Source: a virus | Lineage: Duplodnaviria > Caudoviricetes | DNA length: 38,380 bases | Virus record (IMG/VR): IMGVR_UViG_3300020045_000833 | Span: 1-38,380 of that record | Strand: one strand, 5' to 3' | In this document: positions 7,816 to 16,623 of the stretch, in pieces | Numbering within the stretch: the first letter of the stretch is position 1 | Layout of the letters: the number at the start of each line of letters is the position of its first letter | Notes under the pieces: generated by a model | Databases searched by the model: none | The model's input: the letters and a program-made list of their open reading frames with translations, nothing else | Told to the model about the DNA's origin: nothing | Position numbers and translations under genes: made by a program

Positions 7816-8166
7816 TCAGACCGTCGGGGGCAACATTTCCAAAATCTGGCGTGATGCATCAGCAGCTCCATATCCGACAATCACGCGATGCCCGATGCTT
7901 TCAAGATAGCGGATCATCTCTTTTTGTTCAGGTGACAGTCTGCCGCCTTTCGTGCGCTTCATCTCAATCCAAAGATGCCACTCAGGCACATGAAGATCAG
8001 GCATACCGCTAACAACGCCTTCTGCCTTTAGCTTCTTGGCCGTGCTGATCGCGCGATGTTCTCCATTTGGAATGGCATAGATCAGAACGCGCGGCCACTT
8101 GGCGCGAAACCAAGTGACCAAGCCAGTCTGTTCGTCGTGTTCAGAAGGGAATGTCGTCATCGTCAT
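7816..8166 (-). CDS. VRR-NUC family endonuclease (putative Holliday junction resolvase)
   Basis: EHDEQ, IPNG, EGVVSGMPDL, WIEMK and GRLSPEQ motifs. The exact start is uncertain (8160-8175). Confidence 0.9.
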   Translation of the reverse strand: MTMTTFPSEHDEQTGLVTWFRAKWPRVLIYAIPNGEHRAISTAKKLKAEGVVSGMPDLHVPEWHLWIEMKRTKGGRLSPEQKEMIRYLESIGHRVIVGYGAADASRQILEMLPPTV

Positions 8167-9778
8167 ATCCAGCAAAAACCTCTATTTTCTCTGGGTCTTT
8201 TGGCTTGTAGTCAAGCTGCACGATCTGGTGAAATTTGCCATCCGGCTTGACCTTGATCCGGCTTGGCTTGGCCCACCATTGGCATTCCTGCATTGCTTCC
8301 TCAGTGGTGCGAGCGCCACTAAACAGCGCGGCCTTGCGGGCCTCATAGCGGCTCGCAGCGTATCCGCCATGATCTGGGCATAGCCACTCGCTAACACGCT
8401 GATTGAGCCCGCAATGATATGTTACGCGGATGCTGTCCGGCTTTCCTTCTTTGACCCACTTTTGATATGTCACGTCCTGCACATCCCACCATTCCGGCAC
8501 AACCTGACTGGACAACATCGCGCCATCATAAGCGCGCGTTCCGTGGTTTGCCTCTGGTGGCGGAAACTGATGCCCACACTCTGGGCAAACGCGAATGGCC
8601 GCATGGCAAATTGTCTGGCAGCTCGGGCATTCTTTGCTAGGCGCGTCGCCACCAGTGCCAGCCCCCTTGATCGTCGGCTTTACCGCATCAATGAACCCAT
8701 GCCGCGCAACGTTTTCGCCGTAATCAAGCACAAGGCAGTTTGTCTTGCCTGCGCTGTTGCGCGTGCCTCGCCCTACCATCTGGACGTATAGGCCGGTTGA
8801 CGCCGTAGCCCTGACAAGCGCCACAAGATCAACCGCAGGCACATTGAACCCCGTCGTTAGCACATTCACATTCAGCAAGCACCGCAGCCGTCCAGCTTTG
8901 AAATCATTGATCTTGCGGTCACGGTCTTTTGTATCATCCGCACCAGTCACAACGGCGCATGTGATGCCGTGGCCTTCAAATTCATCCTTCAACATATCGG
9001 CATGTTTCACACCGCTGGCAAAGATCAGCCAGCATTTGCGCTCGGCAGCAAGGCTCACAATCTCGGCAACCGTGGCCTTGACCAACTCAGGATCGCTTGC
9101 AGCCGTCGCAAGTTCGCTTTCAATAAACTCACCACCGCGCATATGAACGTTAGTCAGGTCAATTTTGCGCGCTCCGCCTTTGCTGATAACTGGCGCAAGG
9201 TGGCCTTTATCCATCAGCATTGATACAGGAATGTCATAGGCAATACCGTCAAAAATAGCGCCTTCGCCCTTGTGCAGATACCCGCTATCAAGGCGATATG
9301 GCGTTGCAGTCAGGCCGACGATCTTAACAAGCGGATTGCATTGCTTTAGGTCGGCAATGAATTTACCGTAGCGCGTTGTCGTCTTTTTCGGCAGCATATG
9401 CGCCTCGTCGATTAACACCAGATCAGGCGGCGGGATCATCGCAGGCGCTTTTTCCCAAACAGACTGGATGCCTGCAAATGTAATCTGCTTGTCCAGACGC
9501 TTTTGGCCGATGCTTGCTGAGTAAAACGCAAACTCTGCCTGCGGATAGAGTTCAAGTAACTCCTTGGCATTCTGTTCAAGCAATTCCTTCACATGGCTCA
9601 GGATCATGATCCGCGTGCCGGGATACTCGCAAGCATCTTTGACAAGGCTAGCAATGATAAGGCTTTTACCAGCACCAGTTGGAGCCACAATCAATGGATT
9701 ATCGCCGCGCTTGTCTGCCCAATAGCTATACAATCCATCAATAGCGGCTGTTTGATAATCGCGGAGTTGGATTGTCAA
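8141..9778 (-). CDS. Superfamily 2 DEAH helicase (RadD/YejH-like) with zinc finger
   Basis: LRDYQ, APTGAGKS, DEAH, TATP, LTTGFN, QMVGRGTR; CPSC...CPEC; ends DDDDIPF. Confidence 0.92.
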   Translation of the reverse strand: MTIQLRDYQTAAIDGLYSYWADKRGDNPLIVAPTGAGKSLIIASLVKDACEYPGTRIMILSHVKELLEQNAKELLELYPQAEFAFYSASIGQKRLDKQITFAGIQSVWEKAPAMIPPPDLVLIDEAHMLPKKTTTRYGKFIADLKQCNPLVKIVGLTATPYRLDSGYLHKGEGAIFDGIAYDIPVSMLMDKGHLAPVISKGGARKIDLTNVHMRGGEFIESELATAASDPELVKATVAEIVSLAAERKCWLIFASGVKHADMLKDEFEGHGITCAVVTGADDTKDRDRKINDFKAGRLRCLLNVNVLTTGFNVPAVDLVALVRATASTGLYVQMVGRGTRNSAGKTNCLVLDYGENVARHGFIDAVKPTIKGAGTGGDAPSKECPSCQTICHAAIRVCPECGHQFPPPEANHGTRAYDGAMLSSQVVPEWWDVQDVTYQKWVKEGKPDSIRVTYHCGLNQRVSEWLCPDHGGYAASRYEARKAALFSGARTTEEAMQECQWWAKPSRIKVKPDGKFHQIVQLDYKPKDPEKIEVFAGYDDDDIPF

Positions 9779-10713
9779 AACGGAGCCTCCAATGATTTCA
9801 AGTGCGCGCTGTTTTTGTGGTTTCGGATCACTTCACCATCTGCTGTGACATACTCAATCCAATCATCGCCAGCGTCATTTACCTGCCACGGCATGGCATG
9901 TGGATTGAATAGGTGATCGTCGCAGGTGAACAATTCAGACTTGATGCGGCATGACCATGTGCCATCTTTTTCAGGTGTCACATTGGCGCAAGTGCGGCAA
10001 TTCACTTCTGGCAGTTTGTCCTCATGGCAAATGCTGCGATACTCGCAAAAACGACATAGAAAGAATGACGGATCATCATTTATTTTTGCTGGTGGCGCTT
10101 CGGCAAAAATGATCTGACCTGCCTTTGCCACAAGGCTCATGCCTTCCGCCTGGTCTGCCTTGATCCGTTCCATGTAAATCTCATCGGTGTTTTTGTTCAC
10201 AGCGATGAAAGCGCATCTATCAAGGCCGGCCAAATGCATCCCAACCTGGCATTGCGCCCAGTAGATCGGCTTTGATTTCTGAACGCCTTTCTTCTCGCAA
10301 TCCCGGAAGTTCTTTTCCGACATGGTTTTGAATTCAAGCGTGTGCGGCTGGCCGCTTTCCTCAAATCCTTCCCCGACGCCATCAAGGCTCAAAGCAAAAT
10401 GTCCACCGTGCGCGGTATAGCTTATTTGCTTTCCCGTCTCAGGATCACGATCCCAAACAGTCACCCCAATGGCGCGCAGGTTTTCAACAATGCGGCTTTC
10501 TTCGCGGTCGCCAGTTTCAAACAACCGCAACACGCGCCCGTCAAACGACGGTGACGCCATATGCCGAAATTGATACCACAATGCGCGGCTGCACTCGTTG
10601 CCAATCTGGCTTCCTCCAAGGTGCTGACGATGTGCGCTTTTGCGCTTTGCCATATAGTGTTCATAGATTTTCCGCACCGTTGGCGGCATGATGTGATTTG
10701 TCAGGTCCATCAT
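9775..10713 (-). CDS. PD-(D/E)XK exonuclease, Cas4-like, with metal-binding cysteines
   Basis: GSQIGNEC.R..W, LDG, LEFKT, Q.Q..M, CRFCEY..IC, CRTC. Confidence 0.85.
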   Translation of the reverse strand: MMDLTNHIMPPTVRKIYEHYMAKRKSAHRQHLGGSQIGNECSRALWYQFRHMASPSFDGRVLRLFETGDREESRIVENLRAIGVTVWDRDPETGKQISYTAHGGHFALSLDGVGEGFEESGQPHTLEFKTMSEKNFRDCEKKGVQKSKPIYWAQCQVGMHLAGLDRCAFIAVNKNTDEIYMERIKADQAEGMSLVAKAGQIIFAEAPPAKINDDPSFFLCRFCEYRSICHEDKLPEVNCRTCANVTPEKDGTWSCRIKSELFTCDDHLFNPHAMPWQVNDAGDDWIEYVTADGEVIRNHKNSAHLKSLEAPF

Positions 10714-10907
10714 TCGACCTCACCACGCGGATAATCAACATTGAAAGTAACGTTATTCATCAGGCTGCTTACTGATACTTTGTAGCTTGTAATGTTTCCA
10801 ATGCCTGTCCGACCTGATGCGCGCTGATATAAAAATGACGCGTTTGCATCAGGTCCATGCAGAGCATGGATCGCGTCAATTATTGCCTTAAGTTCGCCAA
10901 TTTTCAT
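10710..10907 (-). CDS. Hypothetical protein (65 aa, AT-richer)
   Basis: SD GGAG; ATGA overlap with the exonuclease. Confidence 0.65.
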   Translation of the reverse strand: MKIGELKAIIDAIHALHGPDANASFLYQRASGRTGIGNITSYKVSVSSLMNNVTFNVDYPRGEVE

Positions 10908-10927
10908 GTTTCACTCCATCCATTTGC

Positions 10928-10952
10928 AAAATGGGGCGATTGCTCGCCCCAT
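10928..10952 (-). terminator. Hairpin/weak terminator downstream of the SSB-like gene
   Basis: ATGGGGCGA-TTGC-TCGCCCCAT perfect 9-bp stem; short U run on the minus strand. Confidence 0.55.
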
Positions 10953-10963
10953 CAAAAAATGGA

Positions 10964-11425
10964 TCACCGCTTCCAAGGCGGTGTTGACGACTTCGCCGCA
11001 GGCTGTTCCTGCGCGCCACCAGTGGCAGGCTTGCCAACGGCCTCATATCCCTTTACCTCATTGCTGGCAGAATACTGCCCATCAGCAGGCTTTACCGCAA
11101 CTTTGACCATCAGCGGCTTGTCATGAAGGTCGGACGACTGGCGCGGGGTCATAACACCGACAGCATGGCAGATTGCCGACAAGGTGCGGTATGCAATCTC
11201 GCTGGCCGTTTGGTTCGGGTTGTTCAAGTTCAGGCGATCCGTCAGCTTTTTACCTTGCTGCGGTCCTTCGATCACCTGCAATTCAAGTTGCAGGTAGCTA
11301 CCAAGCTGGTTCTTGGTCGGCTTTTCTTCGGATGCCGCGATCACGGCCTTATACCATCCAGCCGGAAGCGGCTCATATGCCACATTCGGGTCGACGGTAT
11401 TTGCGTCAAAGTTGTTGAATTGCAT
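10964..11425 (-). CDS. DUF669-type single-stranded DNA-binding protein
   Basis: YEPLPAGWY...YLQLELQVIEG...NLNNPN...NEVKGY with a flexible tail ending PPWKR; adjacent to the Sak4-like gene. Confidence 0.8.
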   Translation of the reverse strand: MQFNNFDANTVDPNVAYEPLPAGWYKAVIAASEEKPTKNQLGSYLQLELQVIEGPQQGKKLTDRLNLNNPNQTASEIAYRTLSAICHAVGVMTPRQSSDLHDKPLMVKVAVKPADGQYSASNEVKGYEAVGKPATGGAQEQPAAKSSTPPWKR

Positions 11426-11439
11426 GGTGTATTCCTCTC

Positions 11440-12195
11440 TTACTTCGCTGCGAATTGATAGAATGGATTGCCGCCGTCAAACGTAAACGGCAATGGTTCC
11501 GATATGCCGAAACGGTTTTTGCTGACGTTTGATGCAACCGGAAAACAGATAATCTCACGCTCGCCGGTGGACTTGGCCTGAACCTTGTCGCCTTTCGTTA
11601 CCGTGAACGTCTTGAGGCGGATGAACCCGACCAAATCGACGTTATCGGTGTAGTGCGGCAATGCCTTCTTTTGCATCCGCACCGTGTAGCGGCTGAACTC
11701 ATCCATGTCAGGCGACGGGACTTTTTCCACATCAGCGTGACCGATAAACACAACGTTCATGCCTTTCTCATAGGCCAAAGCTCCGATCCATTCGCGGATC
11801 ATGCGATGCTTTTCAGACGCGACAATGTAGGCCTTGCCAAAGCCGCCAGCCGCCTCAACGATGGTCTTTGCCTTCGGGTCAGCCGCCACCACTTCACGCT
11901 CGATCATGTCAGCAAGTTGCGTAATGCTGTCCAAAACAACTGTCTTGTAATCATGCGACTGAGTGGCAAGCGCCTCAATCGCGTCAAACACGTCCTGCAC
12001 CGATGTTGCCAATGGGAACAGCGCAACGTCATCGTTGCCTTGCAGGCTGGTGGTGCCATCCTCTGTGCGGATGAATACTGGCTTTGGAAACATCGCGGCC
12101 AAGGTGGTCTTTCCCATACCGCCCTCGCCAAACAGCGTCGCAATAATCGGGCGATCACCTTTCGGCTTGGATAGTGATTTCAGGTCAATCGCCAT
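11440..12195 (-). CDS. Sak4-like AAA ATPase (single-strand annealing recombinase)
   Basis: Walker A GEGGMGKTT, Walker B VVLDS, FIGH and KNRF motifs. Confidence 0.85.
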   Translation of the reverse strand: MAIDLKSLSKPKGDRPIIATLFGEGGMGKTTLAAMFPKPVFIRTEDGTTSLQGNDDVALFPLATSVQDVFDAIEALATQSHDYKTVVLDSITQLADMIEREVVAADPKAKTIVEAAGGFGKAYIVASEKHRMIREWIGALAYEKGMNVVFIGHADVEKVPSPDMDEFSRYTVRMQKKALPHYTDNVDLVGFIRLKTFTVTKGDKVQAKSTGEREIICFPVASNVSKNRFGISEPLPFTFDGGNPFYQFAAK

Positions 12196-12576
12196 TTACA
12201 ATTCCTCCACTTTCACGCCGATCTTGCCGGGCTTTGTTTCAAACGCCGACGCAATACGCTTCCAGATTTGCGGCTCATTATCTTGCAGCCACTTCATGCC
12301 AGCCGCATCAGCTTCGATCTTTGTTTTGATCGGATGCAGCGCATCAGGGCATTTGACTTTCACCTTTTCCCATGCATCGAGGTCAAGTTTCCGCGTCACT
12401 GGTTGAGTGAGCGTCACCTTGTATCCGTCAATTTTGTGGGTTTTGCTGCCTTCGGGCGGCACATCAAGAGCGGCGGAAAGCTGTTCCTCTATCTTGATCC
12501 GTTCTGCGTTTGCCTTGGCTTCCGCTTGCTTGGCAAGACGCCAATCACGGGCCAAAGCTGACAGGTTGTCAGTCAT
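12196..12576 (-). CDS. Conserved-type phage protein preceding Sak4 (coiled-coil N-terminus)
   Basis: SD GGAGA before ATG 12576; its stop abuts the Sak4 start. Confidence 0.75.
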   Translation of the reverse strand: MTDNLSALARDWRLAKQAEAKANAERIKIEEQLSAALDVPPEGSKTHKIDGYKVTLTQPVTRKLDLDAWEKVKVKCPDALHPIKTKIEADAAGMKWLQDNEPQIWKRIASAFETKPGKIGVKVEEL

Positions 12577-12604
12577 TGCATTCTCCATTTTCAACCACAA
12601 CGCC

Positions 12605-12637
12605 TTGACACTAAGCGCCGCGACATGCGACTGTCAA
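12605..12637. promoter_or_regulatory. Divergent control region with inverted TTGACA...TGTCAA
   Basis: Minus strand TTGACA-N18-TAGTGT points into the recombination operon. The plus-strand TTGACA at 12605 has no clear -10. Confidence 0.55.
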
Positions 12638-12665
12638 GCGTCAAAATACATCACGGGGGCGTCAT

Positions 12666-12845
12666 ATGCTAACAATTGAGGAACTAAAGGCCGCGTTAGC
12701 GGATCGCAGGCTTGACATTGTGTCAGAGGCTACGGGGGTGCATCGATCAACTATCGCTCGCATCAGGGATGGGCTACAGCCGAACCCGACATACTATGTT
12801 ATTCGGAAATTGTCGGACTACCTGACGGGGAAAGCACTGGGATGA
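12666..12845 (+). CDS. Cro/XRE-type helix-turn-helix protein, 59 aa (not in the ORF track)
   Basis: MLTIEELKAALADRRLDIVSEATGVHRSTIARIRDGLQPNPTYYVIRKLSDYLTGKALG; ATGA overlap with the primase gene. Confidence 0.85.
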   Translation: MLTIEELKAALADRRLDIVSEATGVHRSTIARIRDGLQPNPTYYVIRKLSDYLTGKALG

Positions 12846-15154
12846 AAACATCGGCAGAGATTGCGCGGGCGTATGTTGAACGCCTTGGGTGGAGCCTTGT
12901 TACAATCCCGGCAGGGTCAAAAGCGCCGACGTCATTTGGCTGGCAACAGCCTGAAAAGGCAATCAGCACAGGCGACGACGCCGAGCGTTACTGGACCGTC
13001 AACCCGACGCACAACATGGGGCTGTTGCACGCCGCGTCAGGAACGGTTGCGCTTGACATTGATAGTGTCGAAAACACGCGGATCATTTTTGACACTCTAG
13101 GGATTAGCTATGACGCGATCATGTCAGGTGTGCCGCGCATTGTGGGGCGTCCGAACCGTGGCAAGGCGTTGTTCAAGGCTCCGGCTGGCCTGACCCTTGC
13201 AACGCACAAGATCAGTTGGCCGACGCAAGCAGACCCGCGCAAGACAGAAGTGGTATTTGAGTTGCGGGCTGGTGCGGTGCAGGACGTTCTGCCGCCGTCT
13301 ATCCATCCCGACACTGGAAACCCCTACACATGGGCCGGAGCAAGCGTGTGGGACGGGTTGCCTGACATTCCAGCGCCATTGCTGACGATCTGGACGGAAT
13401 GGGATCGGTTCCGGCCACAACTGATGGATGCCTGCCCGTGGAAGCCGCAGCGCGAGTTTCAACCGCCGCGCAAGATCAGACCGCAATCCGAGAAGGGGTC
13501 GGTGATTGAGGCGTTCAATGCCGCGCATGATATGGATCAGCTATTGCAGCGGTTTGGATACAAGCCCACGGCGCGCAATCGCTACCTTAGCCCCAACAGC
13601 ACAAGCGGGCTTGCTGGCGTGGTTTTGTTTGATGATGGCAAGGCATACAGCCACCATGCAAGTGATCCGTTTGACGGCGCGCACACGTTTGATGCGTTTG
13701 ATCTGTGGTGCCAATATGAACACATGGGCGATGTGACGAAGGCTGTTAAAGACGCCGCGCTATTGCTCAAGATCGATAACGAGCCTGACCACGCATACGA
13801 CGCCGAGGCGATCAACCACGGCGCAAAGGTTGCGGCGTCATGGCGCAAGCCTACCGTATCTGAAACCGAAGTGCCTGGCGTGCCAGATCACCTGCTTTCA
13901 ATCCCTGGAGTGTTGCAGGATGCGGTGAACTTCTATGCCACAACTGCCCCGAAGCCGCAGCCTCAGTTCGCCGTGCAGGCCGCGCTTGCGTTTGGGTCTG
14001 TTGTCATGGGGCGGCGGTGGGTGACGGATCAGCGTAATTTTTCTGGTCTCTATTTTGTCAATGTTGGTGTGTCCGCCGCAGGCAAGGAGCATTCCAAGAC
14101 GGTGCTGGAAAAGCTACTAGAAGCGTCTGGGCTGGAAAGTCTGATCGGCCCTAGCGGATACACCAGTGCAAGCGGGGTCTTTTCTGCCTTGGTGCAGCAG
14201 CCGTGCCATTTGACGATCATTGACGAGCTGGGCCGCGTTTTGCAGACCGCCAGCGCGGCTGGAAACCATCACAAGGTCGATGCGCAGACAATCCTGATGG
14301 AGGTATTCGGGCGGCAGGATAGCACCCTTCGCCCGCAGGGATATTCCAAGATGGGGATGACCAAAAAGCAGGCTGACGAGTTTGACAAGGTAGTTAGGTC
14401 GCCAAGCCTTACTCTCATGTCAATGACAACGCCAAGCACGCTCTACGGCCAGCTTTCCAGCGCATACGTCAAGGATGGTTTTCTTGGCCGCTTTGTCATT
14501 GTTGAAAGTCCAATCGGGCGGCAAGAGGGCAGGCCTATCAAAGTGCTGCCGCCCAGCCCGCGCCTGATCTCATGGGCGCAAGAGTGCGCCGCAGCTCAGG
14601 ACGGCAATGGTGGATTGCCGGGGGATGGAAACCATGAGTTTCCGCCTGCGCCTGTAGTGGTGCCATTTGCGCCTGAGTGCGAAGCGATCCTGCGCGACTT
14701 TGACCGCGAGATGTTGCGGGCGATGGATGAGGTTGAGCGGTTCGGAATGGAGGCGATGTTTGGCCGCACAAAGGAGATAGCGCAGAGGTTGGCGCTTATT
14801 GTGGCCCGCAGCGCCAATGAGAGCGCCGTTAGCGGGCCTTCTCTGCTTTGGGCGGTGGACTACGCCAGACACTACGCAAAGGCCACTGTGGCTGCCCTGC
14901 GGCGGTCTATGAGTGATGGGCCATTTGAAGCCGCATGCAAGGCCGTTCTGGTGGAAATCGGAAACGGCGGACTTAAGGGGCGCACGATGGCGGAACTGTC
15001 CGATCTTGTGTCTGCCTTCCGCAATCTTGAACCGCGCAAGCGGGGCGAGGTGCTGGATACGCTGGCGTCAGATCACGGCGTCATGAGCCGGAACATGAAC
15101 GAAGGCCAGAAGGGCAGGCCTCGCATCGCGTGGTATCTGCCGCCGCAGGATTAA
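12842..15154 (+). CDS. Bifunctional primase-polymerase (AEP) fused to a DUF3987-like helicase domain
   Basis: GWSLV.I..GSKAP, NMGL, ALDID, VLPPSIHPDTG.PY.W; P-loop SAAGKE, IIDELG, DGFLGRF. Confidence 0.88.
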   Translation: MKTSAEIARAYVERLGWSLVTIPAGSKAPTSFGWQQPEKAISTGDDAERYWTVNPTHNMGLLHAASGTVALDIDSVENTRIIFDTLGISYDAIMSGVPRIVGRPNRGKALFKAPAGLTLATHKISWPTQADPRKTEVVFELRAGAVQDVLPPSIHPDTGNPYTWAGASVWDGLPDIPAPLLTIWTEWDRFRPQLMDACPWKPQREFQPPRKIRPQSEKGSVIEAFNAAHDMDQLLQRFGYKPTARNRYLSPNSTSGLAGVVLFDDGKAYSHHASDPFDGAHTFDAFDLWCQYEHMGDVTKAVKDAALLLKIDNEPDHAYDAEAINHGAKVAASWRKPTVSETEVPGVPDHLLSIPGVLQDAVNFYATTAPKPQPQFAVQAALAFGSVVMGRRWVTDQRNFSGLYFVNVGVSAAGKEHSKTVLEKLLEASGLESLIGPSGYTSASGVFSALVQQPCHLTIIDELGRVLQTASAAGNHHKVDAQTILMEVFGRQDSTLRPQGYSKMGMTKKQADEFDKVVRSPSLTLMSMTTPSTLYGQLSSAYVKDGFLGRFVIVESPIGRQEGRPIKVLPPSPRLISWAQECAAAQDGNGGLPGDGNHEFPPAPVVVPFAPECEAILRDFDREMLRAMDEVERFGMEAMFGRTKEIAQRLALIVARSANESAVSGPSLLWAVDYARHYAKATVAALRRSMSDGPFEAACKAVLVEIGNGGLKGRTMAELSDLVSAFRNLEPRKRGEVLDTLASDHGVMSRNMNEGQKGRPRIAWYLPPQD

Positions 15155-15430
15155 TCCGGCATTTATCCCCATTTATCGGAAACCAAAGCCGGAAAAATGC
15201 AGGCCAGAAAAGTGCAGCAAACACAGGCAGTTAGGTATGTATATATATAGAGGGGGGGATTTATCTTATATATATACTACTACCACCTCCTACCTGTCCT
15301 ACCACCCCCAGAACGGCTACTACCTACTCTTAGCAACGCCGGATAAATGGGATAAATGGGATAAATGATTTTTGCGTTGCGTTTCAATGGCTTAGCGAAA
15401 ATCATAAATCAGGATAAATCTGGCATTAAT
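15155..15430. repeat. Origin-like non-coding region with GGATAAAT iterons and a (TA)n inverted repeat
   Basis: ATTTATC at 15161, 15171 and 15259; GGATAAAT at 15341, 15350, 15359 and 15412; GTATATATATA (15239) pairs with TATATATATAC (15267). Confidence 0.7.
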
Positions 15431-15449
15431 GTTTTGACGAAAAAACCTG

Positions 15450-15484
15450 TTGACGGACGCGGCGCATGTGGTAGTGTCATTACA
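15450..15484 (+). promoter_or_regulatory. Sigma70-like promoter with operator
   Basis: TTGACG-N16-TAGTGT; TGTCATTACA at 15475-15484 overlaps the -10/+1 region. Confidence 0.65.
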
Positions 15485-15502
15485 TAGATAAGGAGACCTG
15501 AC

Positions 15503-15883
15503 ATGGACCTGACCAAGATCGACAAACCCTTCGGGGGACTGGACCGCGAAACCAAGATTGCGCTGTTTACCTCGTGGGTGGATGGTGATGGCCTTGAATA
15601 TTATTCATCTATGGCTGGTAAGTGGGTATATACATCAGTTCCATCTTGGGGACGCAGCATTCGGTATCGCAAGGCAGCCCCAACCAAGCCCAGCATCGAC
15701 TGGGATCACGTCGCGCCGCAGTTCAAGTGGATGGCGACCACAATGCTTTACGAGGAAAAGCCAAGATTGAGTAGAACCAAATGGGAATGTACAGGCGGGG
15801 ATTGCGCAAATATTACCGCCTTTGCATCCTTCCGCGCCGGAACCTGCGACTGGAAAGATAGCCTTGTGCAGAGGCCAGAATGA
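15503..15883 (+). CDS. Hypothetical protein (126 aa, Trp-rich)
   Basis: Strong SD TAAGGAG; first gene after the promoter. Confidence 0.75.
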   Translation: MDLTKIDKPFGGLDRETKIALFTSWVDGDGLEYYSSMAGKWVYTSVPSWGRSIRYRKAAPTKPSIDWDHVAPQFKWMATTMLYEEKPRLSRTKWECTGGDCANITAFASFRAGTCDWKDSLVQRPE

Positions 15884-16050
15884 CAGACACAGACCTGATA
15901 TGGGCAGGCATTACACCGCCAACACGCGGACAAAAAACGATCTGCCCAAAGTGCAGCCATACGCGCAAAAACGCAAAACAACGTTGCCTGAAAATATACA
16001 TTGATCGTGCATACTGCTTTCATTGTGAATGGGAGGTGCGATTTGACTGA
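15880..16050 (+). CDS. Stand-alone primase-type zinc-binding domain, 56 aa (not in the ORF track)
   Basis: MTDTDLIWAGITPPTRGQKTICPKCSHTRKNAKQRCLKIYIDRAYCFHCEWEVRFD; CPKC...CL...CFHC; ATGA overlap upstream. Confidence 0.75.
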   Translation: MTDTDLIWAGITPPTRGQKTICPKCSHTRKNAKQRCLKIYIDRAYCFHCEWEVRFD

Positions 16051-16363
16051 TATTCTTGTGCCTAAGGAAACTAACAGTTCATACTATCACGACCCATACA
16101 CTCAGGCAGGCGCACGGTCTATCATGCGTAGGTTTAACCATGACGTAATCGCCATGCTTGACCACATGGAAGCAAACCGCCAGCGTTTCAAAGATGGTCG
16201 CACCATGCTTGCCACGTCGCCACTTGCCAAGAAGATCTGGGTCGCAGGGGCAATGAAAACACTTGGCCTCATCGCAGAGCATTCTACCGCCAACGGCGCT
16301 TGCGCCTTGACGCTCACAGAAAAAGCCATTGCACAAATGGCAAACATCAAAAGGTTTGGATGA
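16043..16363 (+). CDS. Hypothetical protein, possible winged-helix C-terminus
   Basis: SD GGGAGG before TTG 16043; LGLI...LTLTEKA pattern. Confidence 0.6.
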   Translation: MTDILVPKETNSSYYHDPYTQAGARSIMRRFNHDVIAMLDHMEANRQRFKDGRTMLATSPLAKKIWVAGAMKTLGLIAEHSTANGACALTLTEKAIAQMANIKRFG

Positions 16364-16623
16364 TGGACAAGAACATCATGACGGCAATCAAGGCCATGAT
16401 CAGCCATAAAGGCCTTGATCGGGAATACACCATCCCAGACATTGCCAACAGATCGCATCTGCCACTTGAAGATGCGCGGCGATCCATGAACGCTGGAACG
16501 CGGCACAAAATCTTTGCCAGCCGCCGCGTATGTGCCAACAAAGAACAGATCATGGTTTACACCCTAACCGCATCAGGCAAAGCTATCGCCAAACGCATGC
16601 AGGAAGGCCGGATCGCGCTATGA
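16360..16623 (+). CDS. Winged-helix DNA-binding protein
   Basis: YTIPDIANRSHLPLEDARRSM...VYTLTASGK; ATGA overlaps. Confidence 0.65.
   Translation: MMDKNIMTAIKAMISHKGLDREYTIPDIANRSHLPLEDARRSMNAGTRHKIFASRRVCANKEQIMVYTLTASGKAIAKRMQEGRIAL

Noticed and set aside
7770-7818. Complete tRNA-Asp gene on the minus strand
   Set aside because: Only a D-arm-like segment and CT-GTC are present. The anticodon stem pairs poorly, and no T-loop or acceptor 3' strand is found. Kept only as a structured-RNA candidate.
15155-15430. CRISPR array or mini-array associated with the Cas4-like nuclease
   Set aside because: The repeats are 8-9 bp with no spacers. The nuclease sits in an ordinary Sak4/SSB/helicase recombination module, and there are no cas1/cas2 genes.
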